DNA from: a virus
Taxonomy: Duplodnaviria; Caudoviricetes
DNA: 64,000 nucleotides
Strand: one strand, 5' to 3'
IMG/VR virus record: IMGVR_UViG_3300016471_001002
Coordinates: 128,001 to 192,000 of that record
The notes under the pieces were generated by a model. The model was not told the DNA's origin, did no database searches, and worked only from the letters and a program-made list of their open reading frames with translations. Both the position numbers and the translations under genes were made by a program. This document shows positions 37,884 to 47,102 of the stretch, piece by piece; within the stretch, counting starts at the first letter, position 1; each line of letters opens with the position of its first letter.

Positions 37884-38190
37884 ATTTTTGTATTAAGTTA
37901 ATTTCAGTAGGGCATCCTACATAAAAATCTGCGTGAGGATCGCATTGAAGAGGTATTTCTTTACTTATCAATTCTCCATCAGGTCCTTCAATTACGATCC
38001 ATTCTGATCCGCAATCCCAATAATTTTCATTTTCTTCAGGATAAGATTCGTTTGAATTAATCGATGGATATGGTCCGTATTCTTCTACGCCATCAACGTT
38101 TTGTGCAGCTTCATCAACTTTTTCTATTTTCATTGCGCACGATATTCCTACCAACAGCAATAAAAAACTAATAAGGTGATAGTTTTTCAT
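37882..38190 (-). CDS. putative lipoprotein
   Basis: signal peptide ending VGISC. Confidence 0.6.
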   Translation of the reverse strand: MKNYHLISFLLLLVGISCAMKIEKVDEAAQNVDGVEEYGPYPSINSNESYPEENENYWDCGSEWIVIEGPDGELISKEIPLQCDPHADFYVGCPTEINLIQK

Positions 38191-38219
38191 TAGTTCACAC
38201 CTTAAACATAAGTATTGTT

Positions 38220-38432
38220 ATGGACAAAGAAGAACTAACATTAAGAAAGTTAATCAGAGAATTTGTTAAAGCTCATGATATTAAATCAGGATCTCATCCT
38301 GAAGAAAGCTATGATAAAGAACTTTTAGATGACTCTTCTTTTAATGACGGAAGCGTGTACGTACCTGACGATATAAAAAAGAAAATCAAAAAATGGGCAA
38401 AAGACATGGGGCTCTCAACGAGCAAGAAATAA
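38220..38432 (+). CDS. tag-variant hypothetical protein
   Basis: LRKLIREFV. Confidence 0.6.
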   Translation: MDKEELTLRKLIREFVKAHDIKSGSHPEESYDKELLDDSSFNDGSVYVPDDIKKKIKKWAKDMGLSTSKK

Positions 38433-38439
38433 TTAGACC

Positions 38440-39327
38440 ATGCCTTATACGATAAGAAAACAAAAATGTAAGCAATCTGATGGTGATAGCGGTACGTACG
38501 TTTTGTCATACACGGACAAAAAAGGAAAAAAGCACCGTAATTGCCATACATCCAAAAAGAAAGCAAGAGGGCAGATTGCAGCAATTGAAGCAGAAAGCGT
38601 TGAGAGGAATGAAACCATGAAAATAAACTTGTCTGAATTACGCAAGTTGATTAGAGAAACAGTGACAACGTTAATGAGTCCCGAAGGAAAAGAAGCTGCA
38701 TTCAAGGCTGCTCCTACTTCAAGAGACGGAAAATTATTTCTCAGCAAAGACGGCTTGGAAGATCACATATTTGCAATTCAAGGTGGAATAGATGACATGG
38801 TTTTATATGATACCTTAGAAAACATGTTGAAGCGAGATGATAATCTTAGCGATGATCATCCCTTAAAACTAGATCCAGAATTTAGAAGATACATCGAAGA
38901 AAAAGTTACTGAATGGCATCTTATGGTCGATCCTGGAAGAGGAGAAAGTCCTGAAGATGAGCCAAAGTTGAAACAAATGATTGATGATACTCTTGATGGA
39001 TTATATGCAAAGAAAGCAGAAGATCCTTCAAAATACATTGCAGGATATAAATCTATGCAAGCACCCAAAGTTGATCCTTCAATGTATATGGCCAGAGGTG
39101 TTAAATCAGCCGCATCAAAATTTGGTGAATCTTCTGACATCAATAAATTAAAAAAAGTAATAAGAGAATTTATCCTTGATGAGTTAAAAGAAGAAGAAAA
39201 TAAAAAAGAAGACATGGATGGAGACGGTGACACCGATTCTGCAGATTATAAAATGAAAGTTTATATGGCAGGAGGAATAAAAAAAGACAAAGCTCTAAAA
39301 ATGTCCAGGAAATATGATAAAAAATAA
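38440..39327 (+). CDS. putative prohead-core/internal protein with two tag-like helices and DxDGDGD motif
   Basis: internal MKINLSELRKLIRETV (ATG 38617), LKKVIREFIL, DMDGDGDTD. Confidence 0.6.
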   Translation: MPYTIRKQKCKQSDGDSGTYVLSYTDKKGKKHRNCHTSKKKARGQIAAIEAESVERNETMKINLSELRKLIRETVTTLMSPEGKEAAFKAAPTSRDGKLFLSKDGLEDHIFAIQGGIDDMVLYDTLENMLKRDDNLSDDHPLKLDPEFRRYIEEKVTEWHLMVDPGRGESPEDEPKLKQMIDDTLDGLYAKKAEDPSKYIAGYKSMQAPKVDPSMYMARGVKSAASKFGESSDINKLKKVIREFILDELKEEENKKEDMDGDGDTDSADYKMKVYMAGGIKKDKALKMSRKYDKK

Positions 39328-39412
39328 TTTTTCAGTTTTGTGTAATTACAGTAAGTGTTGAATTAGATTATAATCATCTTTAATAGAAATTGAAGATGGA
39401 GAATTAATGTAA

Positions 39413-39739
39413 ATGTTCGGACCAAAGCCTACTTATGATCAACAAGCTCTAGAAAACAACAAGCTTAAAATGCGAACTAGAGGTACTACCGGACAAAATA
39501 CAACTTTAGAGTCATGCACTGAGTTTACATTGCATGTTACTCAACAAAATTTTTCATCTTCAAAAAAGAGAAATTTGATCGATTATTCTGCATGCAGATT
39601 AAAAAGATATATTGATACCGTCAATGACCCTCAACAAAAGATGGTATTAGTTGCATTACTTCATGACTACAAAAAAGGTGATGTTGCAATTGCTTGGCGC
39701 CGAGGGCAACCAGTATACGTTAAAGTTACGAAAGAATAA
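39413..39739 (+). CDS. hypothetical protein
   Basis: 108-aa ORF with TATAAT and GGAG upstream. Confidence 0.6.
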   Translation: MFGPKPTYDQQALENNKLKMRTRGTTGQNTTLESCTEFTLHVTQQNFSSSKKRNLIDYSACRLKRYIDTVNDPQQKMVLVALLHDYKKGDVAIAWRRGQPVYVKVTKE

Positions 39740-39789
39740 CGTTTCATAACGTATGTACATTTTTGCTATTGATCTTAATATGATGACAT

Positions 39790-41406
39790 ATGTCATCTGA
39801 ACAAGAGCAAAGTAATGTTGGGATTGTCTTTTCAAAAGACGCAAGAAAGAAGCTTTACAACGGTCTAAGATTAGCTGCTGAAGCCGTAAGCTGCACTTTA
39901 GGCCCGAATGGAAAAACAGTTTTAATTCAAAACGGTAATAATTCTCCAATCATAACCAAAGACGGAGTAACTGTAAGCAAATCAATCAAGCTTCCAGATC
40001 CTTTGGAAATGATGGGAGCCCAGCTGCTAAGAGAAGCTGCTTCTCAAACCAACGATGTCGCTGGAGATGGAACGACAACATCGACTGTTTTAACTCATGC
40101 TTTGGTAAAAGAAGGCGTCAAATTACTTGATGCTGGATACAATTCAAAAAAGCTTTGTGAAGGATTTGATCTAGCTTCCAAGACTATTACGAGCTTTCTG
40201 TCGATGATGTCTACTCCGGTTGAATCATCAGAAAAAATAAAACAAATCGGAACGATTAGCGCAAACGGTGATGAAAAAATTGGTGAAATCATTGCTGCAG
40301 CGATGGATAAGGTTGGAAAAGATGGAATCATAACAGTTGAAGACGCAAAAGGAACTGCAACTAGCTTTGATGTTGTCGACGGCATGCAATTTGACAGAGG
40401 ATATCTTTCTCCTTACTTCGTTACAAATAACGAAAAAATGCATTCAATGTATAATGATGCATACGTTTTAGTTACAGACAAGAAGATTTCTACGATAAAG
40501 GAAATTCTTCAAATTCTTGAAAGAATTGTTGAAGTAAGAAAACCTCTGTTGATCGTCGCAGATGATGTTGAAGGAGAAGCTTTACAGGGGTTGGTTTTAA
40601 ATAGAGTTAAAACTCAATTACAGGTTGTTGCAATCAAAGCACCTGGATTTGGCCCATCAAGAACCGACTATTTGAATGATATTTGCGTTCTAACCGGTGC
40701 TACATTAATTTCAAGCATTAATGGAATCACTTTAGACAAAGCTACGTTGAATGAGCTTGGTAAAACAAAGAAGATTGTAGTAGATGCAAAATCTACGACC
40801 ATTGTTGGAACAGAATCTTCTCAAGAAAAAGTAAGTTCACATGTAGAAGATTTGAGAACACGAGCTACTGACATTACGTTGGGTCATGAAGAATTGTCTG
40901 CATTAAAAATGAGAATTGCAAGATTATCTTCGGGTGTTGCAATCATTAAGGTTGGAGGTGCAACTGAAATTGAAATGATCGAACGAAAGTACAGAATAGA
41001 AGATGCCCTTCATGCAACTCGAGCTGCAGCAGAAGATGGAATCGTTCCCGGAGGAGGTTCAGCATTGTTCTATGCTGCAGAAGAATCAAAAGCTGTTCTT
41101 CTTAGTGCAGATCATGATAGAGATGTCCTTGCAGGAATTGAGGTCGTTCTAAAAGCTTGCAAGGCTCCGTTGAGAAGAATCGTAGAAAATTCAGATAAAT
41201 CATCTGACGTTGTTGAAGATGAAATGCTAAGAAATAAGGGTCAAAAATTAGGATATGATGCATCAACTGGAAGGTTTATCGATTTAATTGCAGCAGGTAT
41301 AATTGATCCAGCCAAAGTGACAAAAACGGCCCTAAAAAATTCAACTTCTGTAGCAAAGTTGTTTATGACTTTGGACGCCGTCGTTTTAAATGACTCCAAG
41401 GTATAA
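39790..41406 (+). CDS. groL: chaperonin GroEL homolog
   Basis: TLGPNG, TKDGVTV, GDGTTT, GMQFDRGYLSPYF, KAPGFG, GIIDPAKV; lacks GGM tail. Confidence 0.95.
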   Translation: MSSEQEQSNVGIVFSKDARKKLYNGLRLAAEAVSCTLGPNGKTVLIQNGNNSPIITKDGVTVSKSIKLPDPLEMMGAQLLREAASQTNDVAGDGTTTSTVLTHALVKEGVKLLDAGYNSKKLCEGFDLASKTITSFLSMMSTPVESSEKIKQIGTISANGDEKIGEIIAAAMDKVGKDGIITVEDAKGTATSFDVVDGMQFDRGYLSPYFVTNNEKMHSMYNDAYVLVTDKKISTIKEILQILERIVEVRKPLLIVADDVEGEALQGLVLNRVKTQLQVVAIKAPGFGPSRTDYLNDICVLTGATLISSINGITLDKATLNELGKTKKIVVDAKSTTIVGTESSQEKVSSHVEDLRTRATDITLGHEELSALKMRIARLSSGVAIIKVGGATEIEMIERKYRIEDALHATRAAAEDGIVPGGGSALFYAAEESKAVLLSADHDRDVLAGIEVVLKACKAPLRRIVENSDKSSDVVEDEMLRNKGQKLGYDASTGRFIDLIAAGIIDPAKVTKTALKNSTSVAKLFMTLDAVVLNDSKV

Positions 41407-41409
41407 AGT

Positions 41410-41616
41410 TTGCTAAATAAGATTAACAACGGAGACCTAGTTTATCACATCTTTAAAACAAAGTGTGGTATAGTTGTATGTTCTAAACCATCAAACAGCT
41501 ATCCTAGTAAACACGTAGAAAATGTTTCTGAAAGCTATCATTTGAATCATTATGTTCTTTTTGAAGATTTAATAGAAGGACCTTTTCTTTCAAGCGAGCT
41601 ATCTAAGGTAAGTTAA
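41410..41616 (+). CDS. small KOW-like protein
   Basis: NGDLVYHI...GIVV. Confidence 0.55.
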   Translation: MLNKINNGDLVYHIFKTKCGIVVCSKPSNSYPSKHVENVSESYHLNHYVLFEDLIEGPFLSSELSKVS

Positions 41617-42023
41617 TGATTGAAAATAGTTCTTCATATTCAATTTCAGGAAATTGTGAATTTGATCTTCCGAATTTCATGAATACGATTGAATCGTTTT
41701 ATGATGATGGATCAATTTCTATCGTTTCTTGTGGCATTCATCCAAAAACAAAAGAGCTGATCATTTTAACATCTAGTTGTATATTAAAAGAATTAAATCT
41801 AGATCATTTCTTTCATTCTAAAAAAAATATTCTAAATGTCTATCCAATTCATAATGGATCAATTTTAGAATTTATTTTTGATGATATGATCGTCACTGTT
41901 GATGCGGAAGATATTTTAAGTTTATCGAAAGAATTACAACTCATGAACCTCGAAATAGGTATGAATCATGAAGATAACAATGTTGGCCCTGAGAAAAATG
42001 ATCAGGGAAGAAATGGAACGTAA
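41616..42023 (+). CDS. hypothetical protein
   Basis: coupled ORF. Confidence 0.5.
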   Translation: MIENSSSYSISGNCEFDLPNFMNTIESFYDDGSISIVSCGIHPKTKELIILTSSCILKELNLDHFFHSKKNILNVYPIHNGSILEFIFDDMIVTVDAEDILSLSKELQLMNLEIGMNHEDNNVGPEKNDQGRNGT

Positions 42024-42183
42024 TCTTAGATGGACTGCAGGAATTGCAATGAATGGTGCTAGGTTAAGTCAACCAGGCAGAGGCATAACATACGGAGTTC
42101 CACCAGGACTTGGAAAAGATTCTGGTGATGAAATTGAAGAAAAGGAGAATGAAGAGTTAGTTTATGAAGAAGAATCGTCATGA
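41968..42183 (+). CDS. MKIT-tag family protein
   Basis: MKITMLALRKMIREEM. Confidence 0.7.
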   Translation: MKITMLALRKMIREEMERNLRWTAGIAMNGARLSQPGRGITYGVPPGLGKDSGDEIEEKENEELVYEEESS

Positions 42184-42184
42184 T

Positions 42185-42403
42185 ATGAATGATCGCGAAG
42201 ATAGAATGGAATTAATCGGTAAAGTAGTTGAGTCGCTTCCTGGAACGTTGTTTGAAGTTAAAACTACAACAGGACAAACTGTTTTAGCAACATTATCAGG
42301 TAAGATGAGACAAAACCACATTATGGTTTTGCCCGGCGATGAGGTTATCATTGAGGTGTCGCCTTACGATACTACGCGGGGACGCATTATGCGGCGAAGA
42401 TGA
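42185..42403 (+). CDS. infA: translation initiation factor IF-1
   Basis: GKVVESLPG..F.V...VLATLSGKMRQNHIMVLPGDEV..EVSPYD..RGRI. Confidence 0.92.
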   Translation: MNDREDRMELIGKVVESLPGTLFEVKTTTGQTVLATLSGKMRQNHIMVLPGDEVIIEVSPYDTTRGRIMRRR

Positions 42404-42597
42404 TACCTACAACATACTTAATAATATAAAAAAACAAAAAAGAGGAGAACTAAAATGTTCCAAAATTGGATTGAACAACATCCTTACATTTTTGCGTTTT
42501 TAGTTTTTTATGGAATTACATCAATATGTCATTCGGTAGTAAAGACCTCAGCATATAAATACAATAAAAACTTTCATGAATAAGATAGTTAATCTTG

Positions 42598-42912
42598 ATG
42601 AATAGCTCAAAAGATTTTATCTTAAGACATTATATACGTTGCATTTTGCAAGAAGCATATTATAGCAACGTAGATGGTCCTCATCTAACAAATTTAATGT
42701 CTCCTCATCTTTCTCAAAGAGATGAAATTCCTTATTTAGGAAAGAAGAGAAAAAAAGAAGAAGATGAAATTTCAGCTCATTTAATGGAACCAGAGTTTGA
42801 CATGGAAGATTGCTATGGACCGGTTCCTCCACTTGCTCAAGAGCCAGGGGTGTTCATCGATCCGTACACACAAAATTGGCATGTTACTCCTAAAGCCGAC
42901 CATCGTAGATAA
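42598..42912 (+). CDS. tag-variant hypothetical protein
   Basis: ILRHYIRCILQEA; TAGTTA-N6-ATG. Confidence 0.6.
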   Translation: MNSSKDFILRHYIRCILQEAYYSNVDGPHLTNLMSPHLSQRDEIPYLGKKRKKEEDEISAHLMEPEFDMEDCYGPVPPLAQEPGVFIDPYTQNWHVTPKADHRR

Positions 42913-42915
42913 TCA

Positions 42916-43314
42916 ATGTTTCTAGCTTTACGACACAAGTTACGAGTCTTTACATCGAAGATTCGAGAAAAGAAGAAAGAAAAACGAAGATCGAAAGATT
43001 GGTCTGAAGTAAGAGATAATTTTCTTTCTTTGAATCCAACATGTGCTGCATGCGGAGGAACTGAAAAATTGCAGGTTCACCATATAATTCCTTTTCATGT
43101 GAATGAAAAATTGGAACTTGACGAAAATAATCTCATAACTTTATGCATGGGAAAAGATGAATGTCATCTTGCAATTGGTCACGGAGATTCTTGGAAATGT
43201 TATAACCCTCGTGTGGAAAGAGACGCAAGAAAATATTTGTCTTCTGATGAAGGTCATAGACGATTTTTGATAGAAGAAATTAAATCAAAAAGATTTCATT
43301 CTTCAAAGGCATGA
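42916..43314 (+). CDS. HNH endonuclease
   Basis: CAACG...VHHIIP...NLITLC...CH. Confidence 0.85.
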   Translation: MFLALRHKLRVFTSKIREKKKEKRRSKDWSEVRDNFLSLNPTCAACGGTEKLQVHHIIPFHVNEKLELDENNLITLCMGKDECHLAIGHGDSWKCYNPRVERDARKYLSSDEGHRRFLIEEIKSKRFHSSKA

Positions 43315-43568
43315 GAAACATTCCACCAATCTGTCCATCCTGTTCCCGAAGGCGTCATGATTTTAATCATAACTTGTCCTATGCTGTCCATATCAACTTT
43401 TATTTCTAAAATAACGCCTGAAGAACCTATGGGCCAAGAGGGGCATGTTTCCCAATCTGACATCCACTCATATGCGTTTTTTCGCAACATGATAGGATGA
43501 AACTTTTTTACAGGTATGACAATATCTCCAATTCGGAACTTAAGTCCCGAATGTTGATCATCTCTCAT
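43296..43568 (-). CDS. small SH3-like protein
   Basis: FRIGDIVI...SGVILE...KIMTPSGTGW; TACTTA-N5-ATG. Confidence 0.7.
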   Translation of the reverse strand: MRDDQHSGLKFRIGDIVIPVKKFHPIMLRKNAYEWMSDWETCPSWPIGSSGVILEIKVDMDSIGQVMIKIMTPSGTGWTDWWNVSHAFEE

Positions 43569-43580
43569 ATTGTTAAGTAT

Positions 43581-43994
43581 CTAAGACAACGATTCCCAAG
43601 CGATTTTAAACATTGATTTATGATATGCTAAAAGTTGGCAAATCATCGGCGGATTTGATTTTAACATTTCAAGTCCAAACACTTGTGTTTCATCCACAAT
43701 TAGTTGTTTTAATTCTAAAATAACATGTGGATCATTATCAGAAGTATTTTCTAAAAATTTACAGTCAGGCACCGTGAACAAGTAAGGACCATATTTGTGA
43801 GGAATAAACATGTCACCAGGGTTTGAACATCCTATGATCATGAAAACATCTTGTTCGTTTGGATTTTCTGCAAAAAATCCCCAACAATTCATGATATCTG
43901 ACCAAACCCTGGATTTATTATCTTCTTGCTTTATTTTTTCTTGCGCTGCTCGTCTTATTAAATCTAAGCCGTGTACTTCAGATAAATTTCGCAT
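43581..43994 (-). CDS. hypothetical protein
   Basis: 137-aa ORF. Confidence 0.55.
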   Translation of the reverse strand: MRNLSEVHGLDLIRRAAQEKIKQEDNKSRVWSDIMNCWGFFAENPNEQDVFMIIGCSNPGDMFIPHKYGPYLFTVPDCKFLENTSDNDPHVILELKQLIVDETQVFGLEMLKSNPPMICQLLAYHKSMFKIAWESLS

Positions 43995-44012
43995 GGAAGA
44001 TATTCTGACCTA

Positions 44013-44981
44013 TTAAGTCTGCAATTTGTAAAGATAAGCTTCTGTTTCTTGTCCAAATCCATTTGTTGCAGTTGAATTAAGACGTATCGACGTTAGATTA
44101 TTTGTAGTATTTGACCAATCAAGATAACCTTGATATGTATAATAAGTCTGTGTTCCAGTTGTCACACCAGTAGATGTTGAATATCTCGTATATTCAAAGT
44201 GCACCATTCTTCTTGGCCTTGCTGCCCAGATGTGCATTGTTATTTCCCAAGTATCATATGTGCTGGACCCAGCGTATTCTCCTGAATTTGCGCTTGAAGC
44301 TCCAACAGTCCCATTTGAAGCCTGTCCGGCGTTGACTACTATAGTTAGACCGGTAGAACTTCCATTTGGATAGAAATTATATGCAGAATTTGTGTTGTTT
44401 TTCACTAATCTGTGCTTGAGAACGTAGATTCTATCACTGTCACCATCGAGTCCAGAAAAATCTATGTTTGTTCTTGTTGATCCAGCTGTACTGCTAGCAA
44501 CAAGAATTAAGCTACTACCTCCTGAACTGCTTCCTGAAGCCCCTTGAGAGCCAGCACTTCCTTGAGCTCCTTGAGAACCTTTGCCTCCTTGTGGTCCTTG
44601 GCTTCCTTGTGAACCTTGAGATCCTTGCAAACCTTGGGGACCAATCCCTGCTGCCCCTTGTGGTCCTTGTGATCCTTGTGAACCTTGGGTTCCTTGAGGA
44701 CCAGATGCTCCTGGATTACCTTGGGTTCCTTGGGGTCCGATGGCTCCTTGAGCCCCTTGTGGTCCTGAACCTCCTTCTGAAGCTCCTGATGAAGAAATAG
44801 CGGGTTTTACATTTGAATATGTTTGAAGAAGAACCCAACTAGTTCCTCCTTGACATTCATACACGCTTCCATTCGTGTGCTTTGCAAGAGACTTTGCCGT
44901 TGAAGAAACAACACCGTTTGGGTTTGAATTAACCTTTAAAATTTCTACAGACCCTAAATTTTTTCTTGATAAGATTGCCAT
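44013..44981 (-). CDS. collagen-repeat fibre/adhesin paralog 3
   Basis: ILSRKN..VEIL N-terminus; GPQ/GAQ/GSQ triplets; FSGLDGD domain. Confidence 0.75.
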   Translation of the reverse strand: MAILSRKNLGSVEILKVNSNPNGVVSSTAKSLAKHTNGSVYECQGGTSWVLLQTYSNVKPAISSSGASEGGSGPQGAQGAIGPQGTQGNPGASGPQGTQGSQGSQGPQGAAGIGPQGLQGSQGSQGSQGPQGGKGSQGAQGSAGSQGASGSSSGGSSLILVASSTAGSTRTNIDFSGLDGDSDRIYVLKHRLVKNNTNSAYNFYPNGSSTGLTIVVNAGQASNGTVGASSANSGEYAGSSTYDTWEITMHIWAARPRRMVHFEYTRYSTSTGVTTGTQTYYTYQGYLDWSNTTNNLTSIRLNSTATNGFGQETEAYLYKLQT

Positions 44982-44983
44982 GA

Positions 44984-45928
44984 CTATACCTCATACCTGT
45001 AAAGATGAAATGAACTACCAGATGCAATGACTGATTGAACTGAATTATTTGACCCAAGATAACTTGCGATTTGTAAGGATGTCAAATTATCTGTAGTGTT
45101 ATTCCATCTACCGGCTCCTTCCGCACAAAAAGTAGTAGGTCCTCCCACCGTGTATCCACACCATCTGTCATTTGTATATCTTGCATATGAGCTTGATGCT
45201 TTGATTTCTACTTTAGAAAAATAGTAGCTTGTACCGCCGGCAGAACCTAACCAATATCTGCTATTCCTATTAGCAAATCCGTGAGTTCCTGTCCTAAGAG
45301 TTGAACGATATACTTGTGTGACATTTGCATCAGATTCAGTACCATTGAAGTTTAATTGCATGGTATAAGACGTTGAAGTACTTCCTGCAAATGTAAATCT
45401 AGAAAATAGAACATAATGTTTATCGGCGTTTCCATCTAATCCCGAGAAAGTAACTGATGAAGTTGTGTTAGTGACATATTTGCTTTCTATAAGAACTAAT
45501 CCGCCTCCTGATGAAAAAACGCCTTGGGAACCTTGCGCTCCTTGAACTCCTTGGTCTCCTTGGTCTCCTTGTGATCCTTGTGGACCTTGTGGACCTTCTA
45601 ATCCTTGAGTTCCTTGTGGACCTTCTAATCCTTGAGATCCTTGAGAACCTTGTGCTCCTTGGGGGCCTTGTGCACCTTGAGCTCCTTGTGGGCCTTGGTT
45701 TCCTGCTGCTCCTTGTGGTCCTGTATTTCCTTGTGATCCTTGAGCGCCGGTCGGACCGGAACCAGATTGAGATGCAAGGAATGACCATGTTGATCCGTCT
45801 AATGTCTTATATGTCGCCCCGCTGGGTGATAATTTTGCAAGAGATCCAGGAAGCGCCGTGACGCCAGACAAGGAACTGACCTTTAAGATTTCTATATTAT
45901 TAAAGTTTCTTCTAGATAATATCGTCAT
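44984..45928 (-). CDS. collagen-repeat fibre/adhesin paralog 2
   Basis: same architecture. Confidence 0.75.
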   Translation of the reverse strand: MTILSRRNFNNIEILKVSSLSGVTALPGSLAKLSPSGATYKTLDGSTWSFLASQSGSGPTGAQGSQGNTGPQGAAGNQGPQGAQGAQGPQGAQGSQGSQGLEGPQGTQGLEGPQGPQGSQGDQGDQGVQGAQGSQGVFSSGGGLVLIESKYVTNTTSSVTFSGLDGNADKHYVLFSRFTFAGSTSTSYTMQLNFNGTESDANVTQVYRSTLRTGTHGFANRNSRYWLGSAGGTSYYFSKVEIKASSSYARYTNDRWCGYTVGGPTTFCAEGAGRWNNTTDNLTSLQIASYLGSNNSVQSVIASGSSFHLYRYEV

Positions 45929-45930
45929 GA

Positions 45931-46926
45931 TCAAACCTCATATTTGTAAAGATAAAATTCACTACCGACCCCTATTGCATTCTCCGACGTGGCGTTGTTG
46001 GACATGGTGTCGATTACTAGAGAAGTAATATTTGTTGAAGAGTCAAGCAAGTTTCCCATCCACCTAAAAGATCTCAATGCGCCAGCACCAGGCTCTTTAG
46101 CTGTAGAATCGATTTTAAAAGTTCTCTTAGCACCTGATCTTGCCCCAATCTCAACAAATGAAATTCCTTCAACGCCAGCTGTTCCTTGTAGTATTTGTAT
46201 TACAGCTGTGGCGCCCACCACGCCCGAACTTTGAGTCGAACCATTCTGGACATAATATGCATTTCTATGATTTGAAGTACTTCCATTCGGTTTTAAATTG
46301 ACATACACTGGCAAGGAACCAGCTGTTACATTTCTGATAAAACACCTTAGATAATAATTTTTATCTACGTCGCCATCTAATCCAGAGAATGTCACTGAAG
46401 TTACCGCAGAACCTGTGATGACTTGACTAGAAATTAAAGTAAGCCCTGCTCCACCGCCTACACCACTTGAAGCCCCTTGAGAGCCTTGAGGGCCTTGTAA
46501 TCCCTGAGCACCTGCGTGTCCCGATGAACCTTGTTGGCCTTGTGAACCGACATGTCCAACCTGACCTTGAGCGCCAGGCGTACCGTTATGTCCGATTGGA
46601 CCTTGAGCTCCTTGGGGTCCTACATCCCCTGTTGGGCCTTGTAATAAGCTAGATATACCTTGAGATCCTTGAGAACCTTGTGCTCCTTGTGGGCCTTGTG
46701 CACCCTGAGCTCCATTTTCCCCTGAGGAGCCTCCTGATATTTGAGAAACGTTAATAATGCTGGAAGAAACTAACATCCAAGAAGTTCCCCCAACACTTTG
46801 GTAAACAGCATTTGTGTTTGTGTTTTTTGCCAATGAACCAGCAGCAGCTGACACGCTACCATTCGGGTTGCTAGAGACTCTTAATATCTCTACATTCCCA
46901 AAATTACGTCTAGATAATACAGCCAT
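45931..46926 (-). CDS. collagen-repeat fibre/adhesin paralog 1
   Basis: same architecture. Confidence 0.75.
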   Translation of the reverse strand: MAVLSRRNFGNVEILRVSSNPNGSVSAAAGSLAKNTNTNAVYQSVGGTSWMLVSSSIINVSQISGGSSGENGAQGAQGPQGAQGSQGSQGISSLLQGPTGDVGPQGAQGPIGHNGTPGAQGQVGHVGSQGQQGSSGHAGAQGLQGPQGSQGASSGVGGGAGLTLISSQVITGSAVTSVTFSGLDGDVDKNYYLRCFIRNVTAGSLPVYVNLKPNGSTSNHRNAYYVQNGSTQSSGVVGATAVIQILQGTAGVEGISFVEIGARSGAKRTFKIDSTAKEPGAGALRSFRWMGNLLDSSTNITSLVIDTMSNNATSENAIGVGSEFYLYKYEV

Positions 46927-47102
46927 GATCAAAATCCTTTCTAGAAATACAGATCATGCTCGGCGCGCAGCAACATCCGCACACCAAACTATGCCAGAAA
47001 TATTTATTTCACGGTTTACAAATTCTTTGTAGAATTTTAATTTTCTTTTATTAAAAATTACTATAATCGATGCATCAATATTAGAAGATCTTGGCGTTCT
47101 TA

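Noticed and set aside
44013-46926. Diversity-generating retroelement acting on the fibre tips
   Set aside because: No reverse transcriptase or near-identical template/variable repeat pair with A-specific differences was seen.
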